Shown here piece after piece: positions 38,694-51,989 of a stretch of 64,000 bases of DNA. The stretch comes from Paragordius varius (taxonomy: Eukaryota > Animalia > Nematomorpha), in NCBI GenBank assembly GCA_964247055.1, contig OZ176050.1, forward strand, positions 2,604,001 through 2,668,000, read 5' to 3'. Every line of letters starts with the position of its first letter. Positions within the stretch are counted from its first letter, which is position 1. The position numbers and the translations under genes are program-made. The notes under the pieces are model-generated. The model ran no database searches. It worked only from the letters and a program-made list of their open reading frames with translations, and was not told where the DNA came from.

Positions 38694-39179
38694 CACTTGG
38701 ATACAACACATTCCAGTCTTCCGATTCTTATTGGGGGGTCCTTAGAATCCCCAGGCCTGTTTTAGTTTTAAAAACACGAAACATTGGAATCTTTGCAAAA
38801 GTTTGCACTAACATAACATTGATGCACCGAAATATAGAAAGATTAATTGAAAAACTTGATATTTCATATTTATGGATAAACCTCGAGATTAGAATTTAGT
38901 CAACATGACATATTTGCATAAGCCAAAAAATAAATATACTAAACCACTTTTTCTGTTTATATCAATTTAGGTTCAATTCTAACGTTAGCAAATAACGACT
39001 TTGTAAAAACTTTAAAAGAAAATGGCGTCCAAGTAGTAGTTTAATATAAAACTTGTTTTTTCAAAATTAATTATTTGATATTTTGGCTTATTTATATAAT
39101 TTTTATTAAATGGAACCGTTTATTTCATATATTTTTTAAAAAATATCAACTTAAATATACCCCAATTTGAATCGAGGTG
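38694..39179 (+). mobile_element. piggyBac-like MITE family copy
   Basis: cacttggatacaacacatt ... ccccaatttgaatcgaggtg followed by TTAA; the left TTAA is degenerate. Confidence 0.7.
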
Positions 39180-39657
39180 TTAACTATTAAATAAATATTA
39201 TTTTTGCATTTTTTCTCGGTTTTAAAAATTGATGGCACACCGATTAGTAATAATTCTTTAGACCAGGGGTGTCAAAGACTTCGCGGGCCACAATTGAAAA
39301 ATATATTATTTCAATCGACTTTATCAACGAAGGTATTATAGATGCTATCGACAATTTTTATTAGTTCTTTGTCATACCGGTATATTATAAAGAAAATTAA
39401 AATTTGTGGAAAGTTTTACCGACTATAGATTTCAGATTATGAATTATAGTGCCCCAAATCCGACCTCAAAGGGTCACGTGTAGGGTATTCCTGGTTTACA
39501 CTGATCCGAGCGGTGCGTGAAGATCCACTTTTTATTCAAAAGTTAATTGACTGTGTATTATGATCAGATTTTATAATTTGCTTGCACTTTGTCAAATATG
39601 TTAAAAAACAAAATTTGTGATACCTATGCTTTTTAAGATCCAATTTTAAATGTTTAA

Positions 39658-40001
39658 CACTTGGATACAACACATTAATTTCTGCCCCTCATTCAAATTG
39701 AGGTAGTTGGATACTTGATATTACTTTTTCAGTGGTAAAACCCAAAGGTAGTGTGCATATGCTAATAAAAATGCAAAATATACCACTTTTTCTGTTTAAT
39801 GTTTAATGTGATTTTAATAATAAAGACGATATTTTTCAAAAATGATGTAATTAAAAATGGCGTCGAAGTAGTATATAAAACTTTTTTTCGAAACTAAATT
39901 TTATTTTGAATTTAGATTTGAAATATTTCTTTTCAGTATTTTTTAAAAATATCAACATAAATTTTCAGGGGTATTTAGATACCCCAATTTGGATAGAAGT
40001 G
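39658..40001 (+). mobile_element. piggyBac-like MITE, internally deleted
   Basis: TTAA on both sides (39654-39657 and 40002-40005); CACTT..AAGTG termini. Confidence 0.78.
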
Positions 40002-40743
40002 TTAATCTTAAACAATTTTAAAAGGCGCAAAACAGGTGTATACTTTAATACTTAAACACTTGACAAAACATTCATTTCACTCCGATTCAAATTGGGGTCG
40101 TAGGATACTCCAGGCCTGTTTAAAATCAAATACATCAAAAAATATGGAAGAAAATTGAAACCATGACAAAGGTTTGCAATTAAATAACATTAATGAACCA
40201 AAATATAAAAAAATCATTTAAAAATACTTGTACTTATTTTAACGAACTAAAAGGAAAAATTTTGCCAACAATATTTGTTTGTCTTCAATATGCCAAATAA
40301 TTGTTTTAATTAAAAATCGCTAAAATTTAACCAACCTTTAAATTAAAAGTCTGAAATTTTAGAAATGCTTTAAAAATTGTAAAAAAAATGTTTTCATAGT
40401 ATCTATAAGCGTTTTTATACAGTTTCCGTCAATCCTATATTAGTAAGAAGCACGCTTCACACAATGCTGCTAAGAATTAAATTTTTGTAAAAGTTATGCA
40501 TTTTTTTCAAATATAATTTTTTAGATGTCAAAATTTAGCAAATATTTAAAAGTTTTATAGAACAATCTCGGCATTTTTGCGTTTAAATAGAAAAACCAGC
40601 CTATTTAAAAAGAAGGAAAAAATTTGAGACTTTTGAACACATCTAAAAATTAAAATATTGTAATAATATTGTTTTGCTTTATAATATAATTGGTGATATT
40701 TTTTGTAATGAAGTTCAGCTCTTAATAAAAAAAATTTATTTAA

Positions 40744-41307
40744 CACTTCGATTCAAATTGGGGTACATAATTAACCCAAACTAAATTTGTGTTAGAATTT
40801 TTAAAAAACTATTGAAGGAAACGGTTTCAACTTAAATTTATGCTTCTATCCTAATAAAAATTATATAAATATGCCAAAATATCTAAATAAAATTTTGTTT
40901 TGAAAAAAAAGTTCCATGTCAAACTACTTCGACGCCATTTTTATTTTAAAAATTGCAATATATTGTCCTCATTTAATTGGTGAAATTAAAGCTAATTTTT
41001 TATTTAAATTACATCTAGCATTGATAGAAATAGAAAGAACGGTATATTGTATTATTTTTTAATTTTACTATTGCACACATGTCAAGTTGACTAAATTATT
41101 ACCTTTCGGTTTTATAAAATAAGTAATACCAATTATTTTTGAATAAAATTTTTTATATATCCTGGTTTATTAATGTTATATAAGTGCAAAATTTTGCCAT
41201 GGTTTCGATTCCTTAGATATTTTTAAAAGAATTTAATTTTAAACAGGCCTGGGGTATTTAACTACCCCAATTTGGAAGGACTAAAATAAATGTGTTGTAT
41301 CCAAGTG
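40744..41307 (-). mobile_element. piggyBac-like MITE, opposite orientation
   Basis: TTAA at 40740-40743 and 41308-41311; the family consensus is in reverse. Confidence 0.8.
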
Positions 41308-42905
41308 TTAAAAAAGTACGCAAATTTTGCCATTGTATTGATATGAGCACTTACCACAAAAGTATATATAACTTTCTTATATCACTCGTGAGTACCAAAA
41401 CCAAAATGATAATCCTGATACATTATCCAATCAGAATATATAATTAAACAGGTTATTTTTTGTGGACATAGCGTAAAATGATTTTTTCTATATGTATTTA
41501 ATTTAGCTTTAAAATTAAATAAAAACAATATTTTACAAAAATCAAAGTTGTTTGATATAGAACTTTTTTCAAAACCAAATTTTAATTAGATATTTCGGCT
41601 TATTTATATGATAGATGCCTTAATTTTAATTGGGACTGTTCAGTAATTTTTTAAAATATCAATTTAAATATAATGGGATATTTAGCCAATTTGAATCGAA
41701 GTGCTATTGGTTTTTAAAACTAAGAGACTATAACAAGAGACAAAATTTATTTTAGGGGAATAGTCATGCGAATTTAAGCGTATCACATTATAGAAATGGC
41801 TCGTATAATGAGAGTAAAAATTACATGTGAACCCGTTTTGTTCATAACTTAGTTATAGCACAATTTTATAACATAGGTTAAAATCGAAATTTTTCTAGCG
41901 GTTCAAAAACCTATATTATCAAGCCTGATTATTTTAATTATATTCTTTTATTGAAAAATGAGAGAATAGTCGTTGCATCACGATGATATACCTCATGGTA
42001 ATTAAAACACATATATCAAAATTAAGGGTTGTATAAATTTTGATAGCAAATACAATTAAACGAATATGTATATTTATTAAAATAACAGTCATAATTTTAA
42101 TCGAGGTTTGGGGCCTTGATGAAGAGTTAAAATCTATAAATATATAAAAAAATGTGAATTTTTAAAAATAAAAATTGGATATTTTTTTAAATTTTATATT
42201 TGAGAAACTAGCATTAATAAACGATCGTTACAAATGACTCTGTTCTCATTAAAGATATATAAAAATAAAAACTTGAATGGTAAACGATATGTTGATAATT
42301 AAATTTCCGCAAATCTCAGTGGTTATAGAAAATTATCTGAAGATATATACATGTAATAAAATTTTTATAAATTAAATAATACGATATAATAACAAAATAA
42401 ACTTAAACTATTATTAAAAATATACCGATTTCACTGGGACAAAAACAAATATTGATAGTAGTCGATAACCATTTTACTTCTCTCTGGAATAGAAAGGAAA
42501 GGTAAAACAGGTGTAGAATGAATGTAGATATAAATTGATATTTTAAAATATACTATTATGAAGCAATAAAAACTTCTAAATAATTCAAACCGTCCCTTTC
42601 ATTATTATTAAATAACATAAATTTAAATATGGTCTCTAATCACTAGTTAACCATTTCGAATCAGAGTATAAAATAAATTTTTTTAGAATCAAAATGTGTT
42701 CCAAAAGATATTGTAAAAATATATCATTAAGTGCTTAAAAAACAAATATTTATATTTAAATTTTTGGATGTAGTCTTTGAATGTCCCAATTTTTTTCCTG
42801 CTTCTAAAATAGCCTAGTTCTTACACTTGAAAAATAACATTCATATTAGTGCTTCGATTCAAAGGGTAGTTGGATACCCCAGCCCTATTTAAAATTAAAT
42901 AATAC

Positions 42906-43815
42906 CAGGGCTTGGAACCAGAATCGCATGGAACCGGAACCCCGCTCCTAGGATTTTAATAAGAACCGGTTCCATTGGGATGGAACCGACGCGGTCCCGG
43001 TTACACTTCTTCGGGAACCACCCCGGTACCGATTCCAAAATTTTAGGAACCACCCCGGTTCTATCTATAAATTTTTAGGGACCAACCCGGTTCTGGTTCC
43101 ACCCCCTTAATTACTGGTTCCCATATGACTTTTATCATAAAAATTTTATTTTATTATTTAAACTTGATTGTACCACTATATATTACATACTTTAAACCAA
43201 AAACTAAGCGCCTAATATTATATTCCCGATATTCTCTGAAATATGGACGATTCATCTGTTCTAAAAAAATTAAGTCATAACTCAAGTTTATTTATAATAC
43301 ATATGTTCGTATATATAGTCCGTTGAAAGGAATTTTTCATCCTTAATTTTCTATTTTCAGACTTAAGAAGCTGCTTGACCAACGAATCGCTTGGTGCAAT
43401 AATTTTTTAGTTAAATAAAGTTTTTTTAGATGCCATATAATTTAAATTTTATACCTTTATACTTATACATTTTTCCATTATATTTTTATAATTTGTTTCA
43501 TTTATCATGCTGCACTATACTTTTACTATATATTTGGCAATTTCTAATAAATTGTTTAATTTAATTTTGATTGTATTATTATATTATAAAATTTTGTAAA
43601 TCATTTAACTAAAACTCAGGAGCCGAAAATGGAGGTTCTAAATGTAAAAAACCGGTTCCGGAACCGCTAAATTTTTAAGACCACCCCGGTTCCAGTTCCT
43701 AGATTTCAAGAACCGCCCGGTTCTATTTTTAAATTCTTAAGACCCAACGCGGTTCCCGTTCGACTTGTTCAGGAACCGACCCGGTTTCTCTTTTTTAGAA
43801 CCGGTTCAAGTCCTA
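42906..43815. mobile_element. hAT MITE nested inside a piggyBac-like MITE remnant (~42848-44240)
   Basis: Perfect 8-bp TSD aataatac (42898-42905 and 43816-43823). Termini cagggcttggaacc ... ggttcaagtccta; many gaacc/ggttc subterminal repeats. Confidence 0.88.
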
Positions 43816-44386
43816 AATAATACCAAAAAACGGAATGAATTGAAACCATGGCAAAAATTTGCTTTATCAACTAAATAAAAGTTTATTCAAAAATACTTGA
43901 TATTACTTATTCAGGGGTAAAACCCAAAGGTAAAAATTTAGCAGCCAACATGATATATGTGCATATGTTAATAAAAATAATACAAAAAATACCACTTTTT
44001 CTGTTTATAGCAATGTTAAATGTAATTTTGATAACAAAATTTTAGGCTTAAATCAAAAACGATATTTTACAGAAATATTGCATAAAAATGGCGCTGAAGT
44101 TTGATACGAAACTTTCGAATTGAATTTACTTTAGATATTTTGCCCTTTTTATATTTTTATATTGGAATTGAAGCAAATTATAAAATGAAACCGTTTTTCT
44201 CAGTAGCTGTTTAAAATCAATTAAAATATTGTCTGGGGTATTTATATACACTAATTTAATGTAATCGCTAATACGACAAACAAATAAATGTATGTTATGG
44301 TTCAAAGATGTGCTTTTACTAAGCTTACAAATTACATTATACCACAAAAATTAATATTTATAAGCTGTTTATTTGAATGTGTTTAG

Positions 44387-44916
44387 CACTTAGATACAAC
44401 ACAACCATTTCAGTCCTTCGATTCAAATTGTGGTGGTAGTTAGATACCCAGACCTGTTTAAAATTGAATACTCCAAAAATATGTAAGGAATTGAAACCAT
44501 ACCAAGTTTGCAATTATTTGACATTATTGAACCGAAATATAAAAAAAATTTATTTAAAAATACCTGATATTAGTTATTTTACTGTGAAACCCAAATGTAA
44601 AAATTTAGCCAACCTGACATGTGCATAATAACCACTTTTTCCTTTTCTACCAATGTTAGATGTGATTTAAATAAAAAATGAGCTTTAATTTTAGCTTTAA
44701 ATTAAATAAACAGGTTTTGCAAAAACGTAAAAATGGCACCTAATTACTTCGATATGGAACTTTTTTTGTAAAACTAAAATTTATTGAGATATTTCGGGTT
44801 ATTTATATAATTTTTATGAGGATAGAAGCAATTTAAATTGAGACTGTTTTTTTCAGTAGTTTTTAAAAATATCGAATTGAATTTTGCCTGTAGATACTCC
44901 AAATTGAATCAAAGTG
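44387..44916 (+). mobile_element. piggyBac-like MITE
   Basis: ttag|cactt ... aagtg|ttaa, with the family interior. Confidence 0.75.
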
Positions 44917-45645
44917 TTAAGAGCGGTTTTGATTGACTCCAGAAATTAAAAAAACTGTAAAATATAAGCTTTTTTTCTTCATACAGAAGAATAATAAATA
45001 ATTAAATATTAAAAAATTTTAAACAGTTTATTTATAAGATTGACCTTGGGATATAAAACTTCTCCAATATGTCATCATTTACAAATCAGTAAAAAGGTTA
45101 TAAGTGTTAAAGTTACTTAGCTTAAATTAAATATATCAAACATTTTACTCCTATTAGATAAAGATCATATTTTAACTGTTTTGTTACTTCTAGAGTCTAT
45201 ACTTGATATATAATATGATCGAACTAAATAGCGGATTATGCAATAAATGTTAAATTTTTGCTACTAAAATGCAACATGAAAGCTTACTATATTCAATTTA
45301 TTTCTAGCCATAATATACATTTTATTGCCGTATTAAAAATAAAGTTAGGCGGCGAAAAAGTTTTAGATAAGAATTTTACAATTATACATTTTAAATTACA
45401 TTTGTTTTTATTGTCTTTAAAGACCAAAGATATCAGATTTTAAATTCTATTCATTTAAAACCTTTTTGATATATTCGAATTTTAAATCTCTTTGGGAAAA
45501 ACTATTAACGATCGTGGGGTATAAAAATTGTTTTTATATTTATTTATTATATTTAGAAAACATATTTTTGTAATGCGTGATATCCAACAAAATGACTTTG
45601 ATACCTGGATCAGTGTATATAAACTCCTGAATTTATGAATGTAGG

Positions 45646-46644
45646 ATGGAAATCGACCAAGAGATAAACTCCAATTTGTCTCTTAGTTTTGATGGATTAA
45701 ATACAAATGATCGGGACACCTTATTAAAAAAGTTTCAGGATTTAACCAAAAATAAATTGGATGCAAATGATGCAATATTTTGGCTTGAGATGCACAATTG
45801 GTAAAATATTATTTATTTGGTTTAGGAAACTGGCAGAAGCAATATGCGATTTTTACGATAACCCATCTACCCTCGTAATATCACGTTTATCTATGCGATT
45901 TTTTGAAATAAATCCAAATTCCTATAATAGCGAAGAGGAGTATACGGTACTTGTTGGAAAATCTTTCAACCGAGAGTTTATTCTGCTCAATGATGGTGTT
46001 ATATTTTATTTTTAAATATTACACAGCCTTGCAGCATTATATATTTTAATGTTAGGTAAAACAGAATGGCCCTCAGGATGCACTTTAGCTTATTTCAGTG
46101 GCGATCCAATTGTGTTTGAATATCCCTTACTAAACATAATTCCCTTATTACCAAACGAGAAACAAAATATAAACATAACATTCAAAGCGCCGGAATTGGT
46201 TGCAAATTATTCAACGCAATTACGAATATTTTCACCATCAAACACGCCTTTTGGGGGTATTATATTTACTTATGACATATTTTTAAATATTTGAATTAAC
46301 GTTTTAATAATCAATCTTTTCCATGCCTTTAATTTTATTTTTTTATAGATTTGATTTCAATTTACTTCCACAATTTGTTAATCGATAAATTTCATGAATG
46401 TTATTATTTTCATTCCAATTTTATAAATTAGCTACTTTAGTAGAAACAGGTTAATAAATTTTTTAGATCTAAACTTGGTAATATGAAATACATTAAATTT
46501 TTTAAACTGAGTATTAGTCCGGCAAAATTTATAATATCGGATTTTATTATGTTTTATTTGATAGATTCAATATGGATTATATACAAAGCTGTAGCCGAAG
46601 AAGATATGTCCAATCTTTCAAATGGATTGTCAGATTTAAGTTAA
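45646..46644 (+). CDS. ILRUN: ILRUN / C6orf106 homolog (UBA-like plus NBR1 FW domain), 201 aa; exons 45646-45800, 45826-45995, 46056-46256, 46565-46644
   Basis: The spliced product has TNDRDTLLKKFQDL..FWLEMHNWKLAEAICDFYD, NDGKTEWPSGCTLAYFSGD and FGDSIWII. These recall human ILRUN (TTDKDVLISEFQRL..FFLDMTNWNLQAAIGAYYD, NSGAEAWPPG, YGDVIWVI). All introns are GT-AG and frame-consistent. Confidence 0.9.
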
Positions 46645-47689
46645 TTTTATTATAAATTCCTAGATATTGTTAGTGGCAATCCTTAATGCAATCTCGAAGC
46701 AAATAAATTTATTTTTACTTAATTTATTTAATAAACAATTAATATTATATTTTTACTGTTTAAATAATTTTATTTATTGATAAGAGTATATTATCACCTT
46801 CCTTTTATATAATTTATTAAGTTTAGTGAGCTTCGCTCTGTTATATTGACACGATGACATTAAAAATTATATGAGAAAAAAGGAAAATAATAAAGATTTT
46901 ATTAACTTGGCAGCGAACAGCTTTATTATAATAACCATGATTATTCATTTTTTGTGGCATTATTTGTATCGCATGTTGCCCTTTTGTGGAGGTTACTTTA
47001 AAATAACTGGGCTCAAAAATACGAGACTTTTCCGTATTCACACATAAAAATTAAGGTCTAATATACATTTTTGCCTTTTTAGATATTTATGATATGTTTT
47101 AATATTTTTATTAAATGACGCATGATGGGCTTTAATTTTGCGATTTTCACATATGCAGCCTCCCTTAAAAAGGAGAATCTTTCCTTAATGACGCAACAAA
47201 CACCATACGATTGTGTATACAATCTATAAATCACCATGGTATCTTAAAGTATTTTCGAAACGCCAATCAGTCTTTAGTGTTTTTATGATATTGAATTAAG
47301 TTTTTATATGCGAACGGGTTTATTTGTTACCAAAAATTATAGATTGATCAATATGCGTTTTTACACCGCAACTTTTTTACACCACTTGAAAACTTTATTT
47401 TTAGATTCTTTTAGCCATAGATTCAATTAAAATTCATTTTGGCCGAATAGGCCTTATGGTTTTTTGAATACACGATACAAAAATATATTTTTTTGAAATG
47501 TGACATTATAAATATCATCACGACGTCAAATATTTTAATTTTTACCAAAATTGAAACTTTAGATAGAATATGACAGCAAAGATTTTTTGATCCAACTATT
47601 AAGTTGGAATGAAGAGCTATCTACATTTTGCTAGAAGCTACAAAAGCGTAAGTATTCAAAGTTTATCTGGTATTCCTAAGTCGTATTTT

Positions 47690-48060
47690 TGGTAGTTTGC
47701 ACTATTCGATTTGTTATGTTTTACTGCTACAATCAAATCATTCAATGTCACCTTAGTCACCTCATTTTTCATGTTTAACCACCCATGTAATTGGCCTCGT
47801 TTTCTTTGCCCTTCTAACTTTCCAAACATTATGTCTTACACTTATGAATTAGATGGCATTTATCTATTCTTATATGTTAAATTTTGGAGTTCTTTGTACG
47901 TTTTAGAAGACAAAGAAGGATGTTATCAGAATCAGAATTTTTTGATCAATAAAAACCGATATGTGTCAAACCGCTGACCACAAATATTTTGTCTAACTTT
48001 CTTGGCATGAGGTAAAGCGCTAAATATTTTATCATATGCTAGTTGTCCCCTGCTGTTACG
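47690..48060 (-). mobile_element. 3' remnant of RTE-type LINE
   Basis: The minus strand reads MFGKLEGQRKRGQLHGWL..TLNDLIVA, resembling the RTE/BovB ORF C-terminus (MLGKIEG.RRRGR..W). Upstream sequence is full of stops. Confidence 0.45.
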
Positions 48061-48900
48061 CATCGCTAGGACCTAGTGTGAATCAATTCTTAAGAAATGA
48101 GGATGGCAAATTAAATTATGCCTTATAAATCAAAATAAAAAAATGTCCTGTTACCAATGGAGTTCGTCTTTTCTCATTTGTTTAATTAATTTACTGTCTT
48201 TATACAATATACCTTTAACTTAACATATATCAATAATAACGTAAAAAATTTTATCGCCCGACTTTTTAAATGTTTATTTTGAATGAGTCTTCCGCTTTTC
48301 TGTTTTAAGTTAATAATGATAAAATTCCCATTGGACGCTGGTGTATTTAAGAAGGGCCAATTTATAAAACGGCTCAGGTAAAAAATATTTCCATCTTGAT
48401 GTTAAAACCCTCACGTTTAAAACATTTTACAACAATTCCCAAAAGGTAGGTAAAGCCCCCCTCCCCCATCCTTCAATGAGTGCGTGAAAAATTTGGAGAA
48501 TTGAATTAAAAATAAAACTAACAAATTAAAAGATTTTAGGTGCCAATTATTATTAAATGTCACCGATATGGGAAAAATAATTCAAAAAATGTAGATATTG
48601 GGATTTTTATGAATATATATTTTACATTTTCTTGGTTTATTTGAGATTTTTATTTTCAATTTGGCGTGGCGTGAACAAAACAAGGTTAGAACCACTGTTA
48701 TACAATAATTTAAAAATATTGAGATTATAAAAAGCCCAATGGGTGATTTAAAACTGGGGTTGAAAAACAGCTCAAATCCTTCCTGATTAATAAATTTCTA
48801 CAATGTTATTAATGGGCCCATATGTTTTCCGAAACGTTCGCCAACATTCTAGAGATTATATTTTTTTTAAATAACACGGGATGGAGCAATATGGGGTTAA

Positions 48901-49457
48901 CACTTAGATACAACACATTCATTTTAGTCCTTCGATTCAAATTGGGATAGTTAAATACCCCAGGCATGTTTAAGATGAAATTCTTCAAAAAATATGGAAG
49001 AAATCGAAACCATTGCAAAATTTTGTACTTACATAACATTAATAAACCGAAATATATAAAAGGTTTTATTCAAAAATACTTGATATTACTTATTTTAAAA
49101 CCGAAAGGTTAAAATTTAGTCAACTTGACATGTGTGCAATGGTAAAATTAAAAAATCATACAAAATAAATCGCTTTTTCGATTTTTATCAATGTTAGATG
49201 TAATAATAAAAAATTTGCTTTAATTTTACACTTAAAATTAAATAAAGACGATATTTTGCAAAAATGTTGTAAAATAAAAATGGCGTCGAAGTAGTTTGAC
49301 ATGGAACTTTTTCAAACAAAACTTTATTCATATATTTGGCATACTTATATAATTTTTATCAGGATAGAAGTATAAAATTAAATTGGGACCGTTTCATTCA
49401 GTAGTTTTTTAAAATTTTTAGTCTGGGTATTTAGATACCCTAATTTGAATCGAAGTG
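48901..49457 (+). mobile_element. piggyBac-like MITE, best-preserved copy
   Basis: TTAA TSD at 48897-48900 and 49458-49461. CACTT..AAGTG termini. The internal repeat ttcgattcaaatt lies at one terminus and ~30 bp inside the other. Confidence 0.82.
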
Positions 49458-50564
49458 TTAAAAAAAGTAGCCCAATCACCCCTGACTTTTTTAAAACTTA
49501 TGAAATTTCATTTTTATTTCATAGGCTAACACGTAGAAAATATCTTCGAACTAATATTTGTTCAGAAACTCTTTTTCACACGACATGGACCGATGAATTC
49601 AGGCAAATGGCTCTGTCACGGTGGGCCTTCAGAAAAACTAACCATTATTAAATTTGTAATACCTATACCTTTTCAGGAAATCAGGCAGAGGTCAATATTT
49701 TCAAGTAGGTGAGGCTAAACAGGGGTTTTTAAAAATGCCTCTGTCATTTTAAACCCATTGAAATAAAAAACTTTGCGCATTGGAACTGATAGCTTACACT
49801 TTCCCTAAAATTGTCACGAAGCCAATAACTATTACAATTCCCATTTTCAAGGGGTGGTGGATTAAAGGGCGATAATCAAAAAGATTCTCTTCTCGGGACA
49901 TTAATTGATTATACCTTAATTAGAGTTGGCCTATACACGTTTTTCAAATCCAATTTCACACTCACACGGGAATTAATTGAGCTTAAAAAGGCAAGCCCTT
50001 GGTGCATTCGTATATTATTATAGAATGACATGTACTCAAATATGCATTAAATCAAATATTAAGCGTTTTTTCAAGGATTGGGTCTACAATTAGGGTTATA
50101 ATTTTTTCTAGAATCCGGAAAAAGTCAATAAAGTGATTTTAGAGAACGGTGGGTCAAAACTGTGGCTTTTAAAATATGGCTAAGATTATATCACTATGAT
50201 GCTGAACATTTCTATCACATCACACCAATTTAAAGATTGATTTGTCTTAATATGGTAAATTTTTGTAAAAACTATTTATATATACAATATAAACTAACAA
50301 ATTAATCGAAATTCGGGTGTCATAGAACTGTTTAAAAGCAACGGATTATATAGAAATAGTATTTATATACATATACAAGCTTTTTTATACGGTTTTATCA
50401 TTTAAAATATTTTTAGTTAATATAAAAATTTAGCATATACCTAAAAATTTCATCTTACAATATCGACCTTTAACATTTATAAGAAGACTAATCCATAATA
50501 GAAGCGCAATAAATTGCCACTTTCACGGCCGACATCTAAAAATGAAATTTTTTTTAAAATTTTG

Positions 50565-51480
50565 GGTAGGGTGATAAAAAATTTTTTTGTCTTGACTTGC
50601 AAGTTTTTCAAGTCATGGCTTGCTTTCATGTGATAAAATTAACATTAAACGACTTAAGTCAAGCGAGAAAACTTGAATCGGAGGTGATTAAAAATCATAT
50701 GATCAAGTAAAACTTATAGATTTTGCAAGTGTGGTGTAGGGTGCACTTGACCGATTTTGAATATGGAAAAATTATTTTGGAATATATTTATGGGTAATTT
50801 TAGGCTTTATAATTAATTAAAACCTTTGTTAGTGATATAAATTTTTATTTGATAAATTATGACTATTTAACGTATTCAAATTGGGTGGATACAAAAGAGG
50901 ATAAATATATTGAAAAACTCTGCTAATCATGGCATATAAAATTATGCTCAAAATACAAATTCCGTGAACCCGCAAAAAATTTAATTCTCAAAAATTTCCT
51001 AAAATTATTATTTATATATTAATCTTGAATTTCAATCTTCGTTTTATAAACGCTAAAGGTTACTTAATTATTAACTAATGTATAGAAATAATTAAATTTA
51101 TTTCGAATGTAATGTTATTAATCAAACAAAAAAATAATATGTTATATGGTCAACTTAAAAATTATTACCGGGCTCAATATTTATAAAAATCTATAATATT
51201 AAATAAAATACCTGCCAGCGAGTTTAAAAATAAATGCATATTGTAATGATTGTATATCTTTTTGTGCCTTATTTTATTTTTTTTACCTGATAATGATCAA
51301 AATAATTTTCGTAAAACTCGAATTGGGTGGCAAAAAATTATTATTCATAAGCAAAAGACTTGACTTAAGTGTTTTTTATCACCGATCTTCAAGTGTACTG
51401 CTGGCTTAAGTTAACATGCTCATGCCATGCTTGACTTAAAAGTCAAGTGCGACTTTTATAGCACTCCACCTTGTTTTGTT
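50565..51480. mobile_element. Degenerate element with long imperfect terminal inverted repeats
   Basis: 50590-50720 is an imperfect reverse complement of 51345-51470 (cttgac/gtcaag repeats; ggtgat(t)aaaaa vs tttttatcacc). Superfamily unclear. Confidence 0.4.
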
Positions 51481-51989
51481 TTTTATAAGTAGTTTATAAT
51501 TTATTTAAACTTTAAAGCATTTTAAAATTTTATTAAAAACTATGCGCGAATTTTACGATTTTCTGATATGGAACACTTACTACAAATATATAAATAATTT
51601 TGTTAAATCACTTGTAAGCCCAAAGCCAAAAGAATCATGATAACCATGATTATTTCTTATCAGAAAATTATTCTATGGGGATATTTTTTGTAGACACTGT
51701 TTAGCACAATAAAATAATTGTTGGATTTCTTAACATGCGACAATATATAATTGAATAAAAAATGTAAACTTTGTTACTTATGTTAAAATATAATAAATTG
51801 TTCCATAATAAAAAAAAGTTTTTAATAATGGATAATTTCACAAAATCATCGTATTATATATTAACCTTTAAATGATTCAATGTATACCAAATTACTCAAG
51901 TAATGAAGTGATAATTACGCAATATTTAGCAATGCTTAAAATGAATGTATGCTTAAAATGACTTAATCCGCGTCTAGACTGTTACGATT

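Noticed and set aside
39445-39530. GC-richer island possibly encoding a structured RNA
   Set aside because: I could not identify tRNA, snRNA or ribozyme core motifs; it is likely a TE remnant.
46349-46428. Alternative last exon of ILRUN (DLISIYF...)
   Set aside because: An AG in the right phase exists, but the exon at 46565 (DSIWII) fits the conserved motif much better.
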